This document shows, piece by piece, positions 51,816 to 64,000 of a stretch of DNA of 64,000 nt. The stretch is from Raja brachyura (lineage: Eukaryota): positions 15,128,001 through 15,192,000 of the forward strand of contig OY740821.1 of the NCBI GenBank assembly GCA_963514005.1, given 5' to 3'. The stretch's first letter is position 1; the number at the start of each line of letters is the position of its first letter. The notes beneath the pieces were generated by a model. It made no database searches, was not told the origin of the DNA, and saw only the letters and a list, made by a program, of their open reading frames with translations. Position numbers and translations under genes: made by a program.

Positions 51816-51951
51816 GTATATGCTAGCAAGTTTCTACACTAAATATAACGTTGTTCATTTCCTGGTGAACACGACATCTTTGCTTACTGCCCTCATTCCC
51901 AAACTCCCCCAGCTGCACGGGGTCCGCCTTTTTGGCATCAATAAGTATTGA
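51816..51951 (+). CDS. ORMDL2: ORMDL2 last coding exon
   Basis: ttctttccag|G TAT...[47 protein letters not shown]; 136 nt. Total CDS is 462 nt = 153 aa, the canonical ORMDL length. Confidence 0.95.
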
Positions 51952-53934
51952 GCGGGTGGTTGGCAGCTGAGTGAATGCTGCCAGTGGCTCCAGCCAGCCT
52001 CAGACGGGGGTCCGTATGAGTGATGGGCACAATGTACTGAGACAATGAACCAAGAAGAGCCTGCTGACACAACCATCCAAATTAGTGACAATTTACTTAC
52101 AGCCAAGATCTTCCACTTGGCCAAGTAGGAATTGTGCTCTTGTGTATAATTTTATATTGTTTCTCTCCTTTTGCATCATTTGTATACATAAAAAAAGGTT
52201 TGTCACTGAGGGCGTGGTAGTGTTTGTGCACGTAAGAACATGAATGCATACATCAAGCAGTATTCTGCTCCTGCCTCCTGTCTACACTTCCTCTCGGATC
52301 AAGTCCACAACAATTATATACATTTCTTCATTGTTCCTACTCCCGTCCAGAAAGCACTCGGTGTAATTCCTCTTGTATATTAGAACAATTACTTGATTTT
52401 GGCTGACCGTGGTTTACTAAACTAAAACACCTATGAGGCACAGTCACTGCATGAGGTATTATAGATCTAAACCTTGAACATGGGGGATGGTTATAGCCCT
52501 TGCAGTAAATAGTAACTTGGCAGAAAGATTAAACTGAGAGGTAAACCACATCACCTACCATACCTTGCCCAATAAGACACCCTTCAGAGGTGACACTGCC
52601 AAAGCCAAACTTAAAACTTCAAGAAACTTGGTTGATTTTTAGTTTTTACAAAGCATCTACTTAAAACTAAATGAATTTATCATTGCAATTGATTATACAA
52701 TTTACTGTTTGCTGCAGCCATCATTTAACATTCATATACACAATCAACTTGGTTAAGAGAGCTGTGCTCTATCAACTCTGAATCAGAGTGTTTGCTGCTG
52801 AAACTGGAGCACAAAAATGCAAGTTAACATTCCCAGTGAATGCACTAGTGTTTGACTGTTCATTGATTTCAAGGTTCTATTCTCTTGCCCAAGGCACTGT
52901 TTTGAAGAACAGGTTAGTTTACCCCAAATCTATCACTTAACCAATATCACTCAAACATAATAAAAACTGCAGATGCTGGGAATCTGAAATAACAGAAAAT
53001 GCTGAAAAAACTCAGCAGCTCAGGCAGCATCTGTGAAAAGAGGAACCTGAAGAAGGTTGCGAATGCAGAGATGCTGCCAGACCAGCTGAGTGTCCAACAC
53101 ATTTTAGTGGAATCCCATTGTACACGCGATTAAATTTAAAAAAAAGACTTGATTGGATCAAAAGCCATCAAGGCTCGTAAGGATGCTATAAAACATGGAA
53201 ATCTTTCAAATCAATGACTGGTTCATAATATCTTTAACTAACTTTTCATTTCCCAAACCTTCGAACACAAACTATGACACAAGTTGTGCTCAGTGGGCAG
53301 TTCACAAAGATCTAAGCATTCAAGTGTATATTTTAAAGTGCTTTTTACCCCCCTTCAAATGGGAGCCACTCCAGGTATTGAACCCAGCAATGTGAGCATC
53401 GTTCCTGTACCTCCATTGTACTGGTCAATATGTTATTCAGACTGTAGTTCTGGCCTCCTGCTCTGATGGAGTAATGGAATATGAGCATTTCTTCCCGTCA
53501 CATTTTTTTTTAACTCGACTAACACAACCAAACAGATTAACTAGACACTGCTGTGTATGAGATCCAGCTATGCACAATGTGGACATCACATAATTAAAGC
53601 CATGAGCTGGATTGTGCACAGCCCGGGACACCTTGTTGCATCTCCAGGCTTTCAGTTTCAAAAATCAGCAATGCCAAACGTTGTCTCGAGTGCAAGAATC
53701 CCAAGTGAAACAAGAACTGTAAGCCTGTAACAAAGTTCCAGCCCCTGCACAACAAAACTACATTGTGACGACAACATTTGAAATCCTAGCAAACTAGAAT
53801 AAAAAGATAATGCAGATTCACTAGCAACAAAGCTAATTTCAGCAGTGATCCTTCCACATTTTGCATTTATCCAAACAGGGCTAGTTATCAAATAGTGACA
53901 CGCACAAATATTGTATGACTTTTAAATATTATTG

Positions 53935-54600
53935 CACCTTCCTCAAGTCCTCCTTCTGGCAACTTGCTCCATATATCTATTGTGTGAAAATATTGCCCCT
54001 CTCACCTTAAACTTATACCCCTTTAGTTCCTGGTTCCCCTACCCTGTGCATTCACTATCTATTCCCTGTATAATTTTATACACCTCTACAAGATCACCCC
54101 TCAGCCTCTTCCACTCCAAGGAATAAAGTCCCCTCTCCCTATAGCCCAGCCCCTCATGGTTGGGCAACATCTTCATACATCTTCTCTGTACCCTTTCCAT
54201 TTGAATGGCATATTTCCAATAGCAGGGTGGCCAAAACTGAACACAATACTCCAAGTGCAGCCTCACCAACATTTGTACAACTGTAACTGAACATTGCGAC
54301 TTCTGCATTCAATTCCCCGATTAAGGCCAGCATGGCAAAAGCCTTCTGCATCACCCTATCAATCTGTGATGCCACATTCAGGAAACTGCACTCACTAGAT
54401 CCCTGTGCTTTCCCCAGGGCCCTCCTGTTTACTGTGAAGGTTCTGCCCTGGTTTGGCTTCCAAAAATGCAACACTTTGCACTTATCCTAATTAAACTCAA
54501 TTTGCCATTCTTCGACGAACTTGCCCAACTGATCAAGATCACACTGAAATTCTTAATAACCATTTGTAAAAAAACCCACCAATTTTAACGTCACCTTACT
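53935..54600 (-). mobile_element. Old CR1 LINE fragment
   Basis: LVRLHLEYCVQFWPP...ERVQRR...LYSLEWKRLRGDLVEVYKI. Confidence 0.85.
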
Positions 54601-54856
54601 GATCATAAATATATGGTAGAAATCTTTTCTTAAAAGGGGACCTCCTGAGAGCAATATTTAATGTTCAAACAACATCCAAAGCAAATGTATTTCATTGTTA
54701 CCTGTACAAGCTAGCTGTGCGCAAATGGGTGCTGCTATTCTTACATTACACCTTAAAAGTACTTCATTGGCTAATAGTACTTTGGGATATCCTGAAGTTA
54801 TGAATGGTAAATGCAAGCAAAGCAATAGAAGTTATGATTGAGATTCAGCAAAGCTA

Positions 54857-55181
54857 CAGTGCTCTCCATAATGTTTGGGACAAAGACCCATCATTTATTT
54901 ATTTGTCTCTGTGCTCCACAATTTGAGATTTGTAATAGAAAAAAAATCACATGTGGTTAAAGTGCATATTGTCAGATTTTATTAAAGGCCATTTTTATAC
55001 ATTTTGGTTTCACCAAACTAAACATGACTACTTTCATTTACATTACATTGCTGTGTCCCAAACATTATGGTGCCCTGAAATGGGGGGGACTATGTATCAA
55101 CACAGCTGTAATTTCTACATGGTGAAACCAAAATGTATAAAAATACCCCTTAATAAAATCTGACCATTATGGAAGGCACTG
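54857..55181. mobile_element. Non-autonomous Tc1-type element (internally deleted)
   Basis: ta|CAGTGCTCTCCATAATG ... CATTATGGAAGGCACTG|ta, with an internal repeat TGTCCCAAACATTATGG. Confidence 0.8.
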
Positions 55182-57224
55182 TATATGGTTGCTGAGTGTA
55201 TCATATTTAAAAAACAAATCCCTTTCTTTACAAAGAAAAATACACTTTGGTAATGCAATATGCATTTATTTTTACTCCCCCAAAAGTTCTGGCTAACAAG
55301 AAATTGTGTTGGGATCTGCAAGCCTTTTTACAATCAAAAGACTGGAGGTGTATTAACAAGATAGAACTATAATTTACGAGGTTATTTAATTTAAAACTTC
55401 ATCAAATGGAAAATAAAATGAGAAAATGTTGTTGAACAAATCAGCAAATCAGAACCTCAGTGGATTCCCCCACAGTGTGCCTCTTCCAAGCAGAACCACC
55501 CACCAAGTTTACTGTTTAAGAAAGAATTGGAGATGCTGGAAAAATCGAAGGTAGACAAAAATGCTGGAGAAACTCAGCGGGTGAGGCAGCATCTATGGAG
55601 TGAAGGAATAGGTGTCTGAGGAAGGGTCTCGACCCAAAAAGTCACCTATTCCTTAGCTCCCCAGATGCTGCCTCACACGCTGAGTTGCTCCACCAAGTTT
55701 ACTGTTGGCGGCTAGCAAGGTTTCTGGTACCTTGAATGCATGATAGGGGCACTTGTTTGAGGCATCTTTTGAAATCCAGGATTTCAGGCATACATTCAAC
55801 TAACTACATTGACCTAGTTTTCCTGAACAATCTCAAGGTAGTGCGTCAGCATCTCTGGTGATTTAGATCTTGTCAAGTTGAAAACAGCAGATCATCCTGG
55901 AGTGTACACTATCCTCTTTGAGTATACAATGCTCTCTTGCTAAATTCTAAGCCCGTACCATGCACACAGAAGGGCATGGAATAGTCAACATGTATTCAAA
56001 TTCAATTCCCTACTGTCCGAGAATTGATTTTATGCATGGGCCACAGATTTTGCAATTTTTTGGGTTGAGTCAGTAGTAGACTTATAGGGTAGCACTCTAT
56101 ACATGTATACACAATATAGTAAGCATTTATTAAGTGGACATGTTTTGGCCAAGTTCCCAGAGAAAGCGGGTTAAGTTGCCAACAAAGTATACATACTGAA
56201 TCTATCAATAAATACACTTCCCATTCCCACCCTATGGAGCAGTGAACACATGATGCAAAGGTTGGACTGTGTACATTCCAGTGTTAACCCCTGGGTACCT
56301 TATTTGGGTTGCAAGGCACTTCATAGTTGTGTTCAACTTTATGGTGAATTCTGCAGACGTCAATGTAACATATTTACTTGCGCCATTACTATGAAATAAA
56401 TGTTCAACTTTGTTGAGGAATTTTGTTAAAGCCAATTAAGGAGCTGAAGGAGAGGGGGACAGAGAGAGAGGAGTAGACATTACAACAATAAGAGACAGCA
56501 GAATAAAACGAGTACAACTCCATTTTTCTATTTATGGTAGAGCTATCAAAGGTTCATATTTTTTATAAGATTTGTGTACGATTTCTGCAGCACAATAATT
56601 TTCCAATAAATATTTAATTTTTTTAAAGTTACAAAAAGAAATTGTATCCCATCTCTAAATCACAATAAGTGTGGCGATTTTACACAGTTAACTCAAATTA
56701 TTTTCTGGTTCCTTTCTAAAAAAAAAGTGCTTTCTTTTAAAAAGAAAATACCTACCATACGGTGGAAATCAGGCCAGCAGCCAAGCACAATGTTTAGTCT
56801 GTTCCTTTTGCATTGCAAACTTTTCCCCATTAAAAATGGTCAGGAGGATGTATGACCTTGGGGAAAGGAAGAGCCGAGAAACGGAACATTTCAGGAGGAG
56901 GTAGCCGAGCATGGAAGAATAATAAAGCATTTAAAAAAGTCACCTACCGGGTAATTTTTCATCTACCTGTGGAAACCAGAAATTAATTTGTCTTTACCTA
57001 ACAAATTATAAAGTAAAGCCCTCTTAAGATCACTTTAGTTGCTACTGTACATCCAAATTAAAATGTTAAAAACAAGGTACAGTTAAAGTCTATTCATTCA
57101 ATTCAATCAAGGAGGACTTTTATTTGTCTTTGTTCTAATCTAGAATCAGGATTTGACCTTCTCAGTCAGGCTGCTATCTAGCTGACTGAGGTGATCGCTG
57201 AGGTTTGTTTTAGCGCTTTAAGGC

Positions 57225-57432
57225 TCAGCGCGGGAATGTCCGTCGCACCTTCTTCCTTCTCTTTTGCTTTGTATCAGTTCTCTGTGTGGACTCTCCTTTT
57301 GCCTGACCATTGGACCCCATTTGTGATGGGTTGAAGAAGCTCCCGTTGGCCTGCGGTGGCACTCCCTGGAAAATCTTGCTGAAAAACTCTTGGAGGTCAG
57401 CAGGAGAACTTGGGCCATTCTCCGAGCCAGCT
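57225..57432 (-). CDS. DNAJC14: DNAJC14 last coding exon
   Basis: ctctttgtag|A GCT...AGSENGPSSPADLQEFFSKIFQGVPPQANGSFF...KQKRRKKVRRTFPR-TGA. Matches the DNAJC14 C-terminus (PADLQDFLSRIFQ...KRRKKVRRPFQR). Confidence 0.92.
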
Positions 57433-58127
57433 CTACAAAGAGAAAATAAAGATGTTATGGAACATTTTTAGAACCATTTCTTCAAATGACAATATCCTCA
57501 TACAGTAGGCTGTCAAAACCCTTAACCAAGCAGACCGTTGAATTCAAGACTGCTGCATTCCCAAAGCAGAGGTACAACAACACAACTGTGGAAAAAGTCG
57601 CACAAGAGGACCTTGAGCTTGCTGTTAATGCCCTTTCCATTGGACAGCACTTATCCTTTCATCAACTTCTCCAAAAGCAGACAAGACAGAATAGACAGAA
57701 ACCAGATTGAGGTATATTTTCCTCCATTTAGTGAAAGACAATATGGCGTTTTACTAACAAATTATATTCCACTACACTTATGGGCGTGAGACACCATCTG
57801 TTCAAACTGCTATCAGAGCAACATGATGAGCATTCTATTTTGAAAACCATAAACAAACACTCAAATGATAGATTTCCCAAACTATTTTAAATGTTTCTCA
57901 TTCTCCCATGGGCATAATTGTCCTCAGGAAGATGACGGCAATCTCCTTAAATCACTTCAGTCCATTGGTGAATGCACTCCCACAGTGCTGTGAGATAATA
58001 ACCTCCCATGAACTGCAATTCAGCTTGAAAAATAACATTAGAATTGCAAATTTCCAGCTGTAGTTTACAGTTAACTTTTTATCAATCAACAAGAAACACC
58101 CACCAACACCAGGCACAATAACCATGT

Positions 58128-58250
58128 TTAGTTTAATTTAGTTTAGAGATACAGTGCGGAAATATGCCCTTCGGCCCACACAGACAGCACGGAACCCGGG
58201 TCTATGGTGCTGTAAGGCAGCAACTCTATCGCTGCAGCACTGTGTTGCCC
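58128..58250 (-). mobile_element. Internally deleted V-SINE
   Basis: Head (gggcaacacagtgctgcagcgatagagttgctgcc...gacccgggttcc) joined directly to the tail (gggccgaagggc...ctctaaactaaa). Confidence 0.7.
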
Positions 58251-58595
58251 TTTGAAAACATTTCTGGCAACCACTATTTTCTATGCATACGCTACATAGG
58301 TAAACGCTACATAGCGTCAATATGCAAATTGTGCTCATTAAAAATCTACACAAAGTGTGAGTTGGTCACTCCACTCCAATAGCTATTGTAATTTTCACAA
58401 GACCAACACTGGTCACTGCTTCTGATAAAAACAAATTACACAGGCATTTTATTTGGCTGCCTCGTATCAAATCTCAAATCTGCACTTGGACTGTTATCAT
58501 GTAAAATGTACTGTTTGGTGCCATAAAAATTACATTTAGTCAAAACAGTTGGAAAATGATGATGAAGATGCCAAGCTCTCTGCATTTTTACCCAC

Positions 58596-58698
58596 CTATG
58601 CCGACCACTGCTTCCAGACGTTCTTGTAGCAAATGATATATGGTAAGGAACAAGATGTATGTCAGGAGATATTCCTACCTTCTGACACCCAGCCCATT
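58596..58698 (-). CDS. DNAJC14: DNAJC14 exon
   Basis: [35 protein letters not shown]; cttttcag| ... AG|gtgggt; 103 nt. Confidence 0.93.
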
Positions 58699-59776
58699 CT
58701 GAAAAGAAAGGAATAACATAAGTTACCAAAGATTGTGACTGAGAAAGATGCAAGCTCTCCTAATCCTCCTTCTAACAGATTGATAGACAATATCACAATG
58801 GCTAACGTAACAAAAGAAATGCAAGTACTTTGTATCCTTCCTCCCAATCTGAACCCACTTGCTTCCCAATTAACTATTTGAAAGTGAATTTTAAAACTGA
58901 AAAAGCATGAAGAAGGTGCAATCTTCAGGTAAACAGGGATGATCAAACTGAATATCAGGAACGTGTTCACAGGACTGAATGATCTCCTGGTCCAATGAAC
59001 CATTCTAACTTTCCTTCCCACTATCGCCAAGCCACCACTTTCTATCTGGTGGCCAAACGCCATTCAAGCAATCAGTATATGCCAAACCCATGGCACTCCA
59101 CACCACTTCAAACAAAACTAACGACTTTAAAACCTTTGAAGGTTGACTTTCATCTGCAAAAATTTAAACGCAGACCTGGCTTCCCCCTTATTTTTCCTTT
59201 GATTACTTCCACTGCCGTTGACAGGATTTTGGACCACTGCAAGAATATTTTGAAATGCCCTGGAGTAGAATTTTAGCCATATTCTCCGGAAGAACACTCC
59301 AGGGAGTACTTTGAGACATATTCAAGCATTTGCTGTCATTTGGGAGAGCTGTGGCAACAGCTGCTGCAATAAAATAAATGTTTTCCATCAACATCCCCTA
59401 TCATTCAGCAGGAAACAAGGGTTGTAGTCTTGTTCAGATGGTAGCAACATTTCTGTTCCGACCAACAGCAGGTTGCTTTGTAGGTTCGAATATCGACTAC
59501 TTTTTGCAAAAACATAGGAAGCTTTTCTTCAGTATCAGTCAAGCCTGGGGTTTTCATGTTAAGTTGTAGAGACAACACATTCAGTCCCAGTGAGTTGGTG
59601 TCACTGCTCCATAAAACCACAGTGCTGGAGTAACCAGGCAACTAGTTTCATGCAGCACACTAATTCCAAATTCTCATCACACGCAAAGGTCACTGAAAGC
59701 TAAAAGTGTTTGTTTTTTTCTTAATACAACACGCTGAGAATGTATCGAGATAACTTCAAGTTTCTCATAGTCGTAC

Positions 59777-59937
59777 CTGTGATATCATAGACTTTGCCAT
59801 CCATCATAGCAAAGTAGGTGATTTTCAATCCCAGCATGCTTGATTCTGCCCAGAAGTCTCCAGCCTCCACAGGGTGCCTCTTGTTACATTCGGCACAGTA
59901 CCGAGCGGCCTGAGGGTCACGATCCATCTCAAACCTC
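59777..59937 (-). CDS. DNAJC14: DNAJC14 exon (Jiv90 zinc-binding region)
   Basis: [53 protein letters not shown]; tatttgcag| ... G|gtacga; 161 nt. Confidence 0.95.
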
Positions 59938-60214
59938 CTGCAAATAACCGTCACACCTCATTGTGACACACAAGTAGATAAGGAAGCATAGTTCCAAAAA
60001 GACGATTTGAGATTAGACCCCGATGTGGACTTGTCTGGGAATTATTCCTTAAACGGTCATGCATGAATCTTCTGCAGCTTTCAGAGTGTTGCGGATAGCA
60101 AGGAAATAGGAATTACATTGTGCAGACTCGATGGGAGCAAAGCTATTTTGGGAATGGAGAGGGGCAGGAAAACAGGCCGGAACAGAGTTACAAGCGGGTG
60201 CACTAGAGCAGCTA

Positions 60215-61817
60215 CAGTGGCTTGCAAAAGTTTTCATACTCCTTGAACATTTCTACATTTTGTCACGTTACAACCACAAACGTAAATGTATTTTATTGGG
60301 ATTTTATGTGATAGACTAACACAAAGTGGTGCATAATTGTGAAGTGGAAGGAAAATGATACATGGTTTCCAGATTTTATTACAAATAAAAAACTGAAAAA
60401 TGTGGCGTGCAAAAGTATTCTGCCCCCCCCCCTGAGTCAATACTTTGTAGAACCACCTCTCGGTGCAATTACAGCTGCAAGTCTTTCGCGGTATGTCTCT
60501 ACCAGCTTTGCACAGCTAGAGACTGAAATTTTTGCCCATTCTTCTTTGCAAAATAGCTCAAGCTCAGTCAGATTGGATGGAGAGCGTCTGTGAACAGCAA
60601 TTTTCAAGTCTTGCCAGAGATTCTCAATTGGATTTAGGTCTGGACTTTGACTGGGCCATTCTAACACATGAATATGCTTTGATCTAAACCATTCCATTGT
60701 AGCTCTGGCTGTATGTTTAGGGTCGTTGTCCTGATGGAAGGTGAACCTCCGCCCCAGTCTCAAGTCTTTTGCAGACTCTAACAGGTTTTCTTCCAAGATT
60801 GCCCTGTATTTGGCTCCATCCATCTTCCCATCAACTCTGACCAGCTTCCCTGTCCCTGCTGAAGAAAAGCATCCCCACAGTATGATGCTGCCACCACCAT
60901 GTTTTACAGTGGGGATAGTGTGTTCAGGGTGATGTGCAGTGTTAGTTTTCTGCCACACATAGCGTTTTGCATTTAGGCCAAAAACTTCACTTTTGGTCTC
61001 ATCAGACCAGAGCATCTTCCTCCACATGTTTGCTGTGTCCCCCAGATGGCTTGTGGCAAACTGCAAACGGGACTTCTTATGGCTTTCTTCTTGCCACTCT
61101 TCCATAAAGGCCCGATTTGTGGAGTGCACGACTAATAGTTGTCCTGTGGACAGATTCTCCCACCTGAGCTGTGGATCTCTGCAGCTCCTCCAGAGTTACC
61201 ATGGGCCTCTTGGCTGCTTCTCTGATCAATGCTCTCCTTGCCCGGCCTGTCAGTTTAGGTGGACGGCCATGTCTTGGTAGGTTTGCAGTTGTGCCATACT
61301 CTTTCCATTTTCGGATGATGGATTGAACAGTGCTCCGTGAGATGTTCAAAGCTTGGGATATTTTTTTATAACCTAACCCTGCTTTAAACTTCTCCACAAC
61401 TTTATCCCTGACCTGTCTGGTGTGTTCCTTGGGCTTCGTGATGCTGTTTGTTCACAAATGTTCTCTAACAAACCTCTGAGGCCTTCACAGAACAGCTGTA
61501 TTTATACTGAGATTAGAATACACACAAGAGGACTCTATTGACTAATTAGGTGACTTCTGAAGGCAATTGGTTGCACTGGATTTTATTTAGGGGTATCAGA
61601 GTAAAGGGGGCTGAATATTTTTGCTGCCACACTTTTCAGTTTTTTATTTGTAAAAAAATTTGAAAACCATGTATCATTTTCCTTCCACTTCACAATTATG
61701 CGCCACTTTATGTTGGTCTATCACATAAAATCCTAATAAAATACATTTACGTTTGTGGTTGTAACGTGACAAAATGTGGAAAAGTTCAAGGGGTATGAAA
61801 ACTTTTGCAAGCCACTG
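60215..61817 (-). mobile_element. Tc1/mariner DNA transposon, Passport-like, ~1.6 kb, long (~210 bp) TIRs, TA target duplication
   Basis: ta|CAGTGGCTTGCAAAAGTTTTCATAC ... GTATGAAAACTTTTGCAAGCCACTG|ta. The inverted repeats extend to about 60430 and 61605 and enclose a transposase. Confidence 0.96.
60437..61439 (-). pseudogene. Disrupted DD34E Tc1 transposase
   Basis: ACG in place of ATG at 61439 (xKPKEHTRQVRDKVVEKFKAGLGYKKIS...). HTH and GRPPK motifs present; frameshift near 61080; catalytic WSDE...QDNDPKH...(34)...NPIE intact. Confidence 0.9.
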
Positions 61818-62318
61818 TAATGGTATCCAGAGGAATGACAAGGAACTGCAAATGCAGACTTACCAAAAAGACACAAAGTGCTGGAGCAACTGAACAGGTC
61901 AGGCAGCAACTGTGGAGAATAGGGATAGGCGATGTATCGGGTCTGAAGAAGGGTCCCGACACAAAACATTGCCCATCCATGTTCTCCAGAGATGGTGCCT
62001 AACCGCTGAGTTACTCCAGCATTTTGTCTCTTTTTTTTCTCCCTCTTCTCTCTAAACTAAACTTGGATGGATACATTTGACTGAGCAGTTAAATCATTCC
62101 TATGTTGGAAAGATGTTCCATTGTAATTGAATGAAGAACCCAAGGGTACCTGACAACTGTTAAATTCTATTCTAAGAGTTGGCTCCAGGGAGAAGGGGTG
62201 GGGGTGAGCGGGGAGTGGTGAAGGAGAGGGAAAACCCGATCAGGGAGACTAAAAACAAAACAAAAACCACGCAGCTATACACTTATAACAGATTCGCAAA
62301 AGATAAATGAGCACAAAC

Positions 62319-62438
62319 TTGTGTTTTCCTTCACATTTACTGCACATCATCGTGTTCATGGCCTCCTTCAGGTCATCCTGGAGCTTGGTAAGAAAATCAT
62401 TCATGGATCGGTGTAACTCGCTCTCTGCAGCCCGTTTG
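62319..62438 (-). CDS. DNAJC14: DNAJC14 internal exon (upstream exons not identified, presumably beyond the window end)
   Basis: KRAAESELHRSMNDFLTKLQDDLKEAMNTMMCSKCEGKHK; acceptor ttttgtttttag|, donor AA|gtttgt; 120 nt. Confidence 0.92.
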
Positions 62439-64000
62439 CTAAAAACAAAAGAAATATAATTGGTATTATCTGGCAAGAAATCAAGAGCAGAAAGTGGTTG
62501 AGAAACGTAAACTTGGATTCTGCAATTACTCAGAAATGAAAGACAATACAAACCTCTCACAACAAGATTCGAATATCCATCCACAGGGAAATTCAGCCAC
62601 GATAAAATGAAAAAAATATACAAAAGCCTTTGCATTTACGCAGCACCTCTTTACATTTGGAGGTGTGCAGACACTGTCCCAGAGGCAAACGCGGCAGCAA
62701 GTTTGCGCATAGCAAGATCCTGCAAAGAGCAGGTGACTAGGATAGTCAGCTTGGCTGAAGGACCAGTGGTAGCCACAACACGGGAGAATTCCCCAGCTCT
62801 TCAAATTGTGCCATGAGATCTCTTCTGCCCATTTGAGCAGGAAATCAAAGTCTCAGTGTAGAGACCAAGTAAACAAAGCAACCAATCATCTCAAGGTTGT
62901 TCTTGCACAGCACCAACAGCAAAGTATAGAACACAAATAACATCTCATGCTTTCTCCATTTCACACTCTCCCTATGTTAAAACTATCTACATCATTGTCT
63001 CTTTTAACTAGAATCAATCAAAAATACTTTTAAAGTCTGGAAAGGTGATCTGCCACAAAAAAAGATTAAAACACATTAGAGAAAGGTAAACCTAGAGTTA
63101 ATTAGTATTAGAGCTAATATTATTCGGAGTTTAAAAATAATACTTTACCTTTCAAGTCGTAAGAAAGAGGGAAATTACTAACGTGCATGTTTTGATGGAT
63201 TTTTGTGCTGAGCAATAGTGTATTGTCAGTGCCAAGTAACAGGAAACTTGCTTTGCATCCAGTTTCAACATCAAGTAGTTCTGAAGCAACTTTATAGCTT
63301 ATCTCTGTGAGACTGACATGTCACTATTAATTGATGTGAATTTTACAGGCAGTTTTGCGATGTAGGATTAGGAACTCAATCAAACCTGCCAAGACTCAGT
63401 ACACTTGGGAATTCTGTAGCCAACAGAGAGGAGAATTTCATTCCATTGGCCAGGACCGTACACTCAAAACCAATCCCGTGTTGAAATAGCAATATTCTTA
63501 AAAGTTAGCTGCAGGGAGCTTTGTTAAACATTAAACTGGCTGACATGTTTAAGCAGAGTTTCACTCCCCAACTCAAAACGGCAATCTTTGAAATGGAAAA
63601 TTAGAAAGAGTAATCAAATTTAAGCAGCTCAAAACATGCTAAAATGCTTTTGATATCACAAATAGAAGTTAAACTAACATATTCAAAACAATGGAGCCTG
63701 CAAAGATAAAGATCACAGGTCACATGGATGTATCTGGAATGCAGCACTGAATTTTGCTTACATTTCATATTCCTTCCTCCTCTCAGGATTGCTCACAATA
63801 TCCCACGCTGCTCGCACCACCTTAAAAGCTTCCTCCGATCGGGGGTGTTGGTTTTTATCAGGGTGAACCTGCAATCACAATGGGGCGATTACTTTAAAAG
63901 AGAAAGGCTTTGAATTGATGTGTTTTGTTCAACTACTGCTGGTGATAGTTCACATGAAGATATATCAGTCTTCATTTTTAAAAAATGTTTAACTAAGAGC

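Noticed and set aside
57218-57418. 66-aa minus-strand ORF from the track
   Set aside because: It is the wrong frame of the DNAJC14 last exon.

Overview
Vertebrate genomic DNA, most likely a cartilaginous fish (skate/ray). This is inferred from its repeat families: HE1/V-SINE, Deu-type SINE, CR1 tails and Penelope-like elements. Three protein-coding genes are supported: a complete 3-exon GDF11 on the minus strand (33557->16099, 383 aa), a complete ORMDL2 on the plus strand (CDS 49421->51951, 153 aa, with a probable non-coding first exon at a CpG-rich promoter near 44.8-45.0 kb), and the last four coding exons of DNAJC14 on the minus strand (62438->57225). A near-complete Passport-type Tc1 transposon sits in a DNAJC14 intron. 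The most notable non-genic signals are: (1) about 20 short Penelope-derived insertions carrying a minimal hammerhead-ribozyme core (CUGAAGA-stem II-GAAAC-GUH), often as TSD-flanked palindromes; (2) three unrelated degenerate ~35-40 bp tandem arrays in GDF11 intron 1, the largest being ~100 units with a TTTATGG Cdx/posterior-Hox-type motif in the consensus; (3) a myostatin-like core promoter on GDF11 and unusual substitutions in its mature ligand; (4) a young inverted duplication bracketing the ORMDL2 promoter. All comparisons to known proteins and elements are from memory, not database searches.
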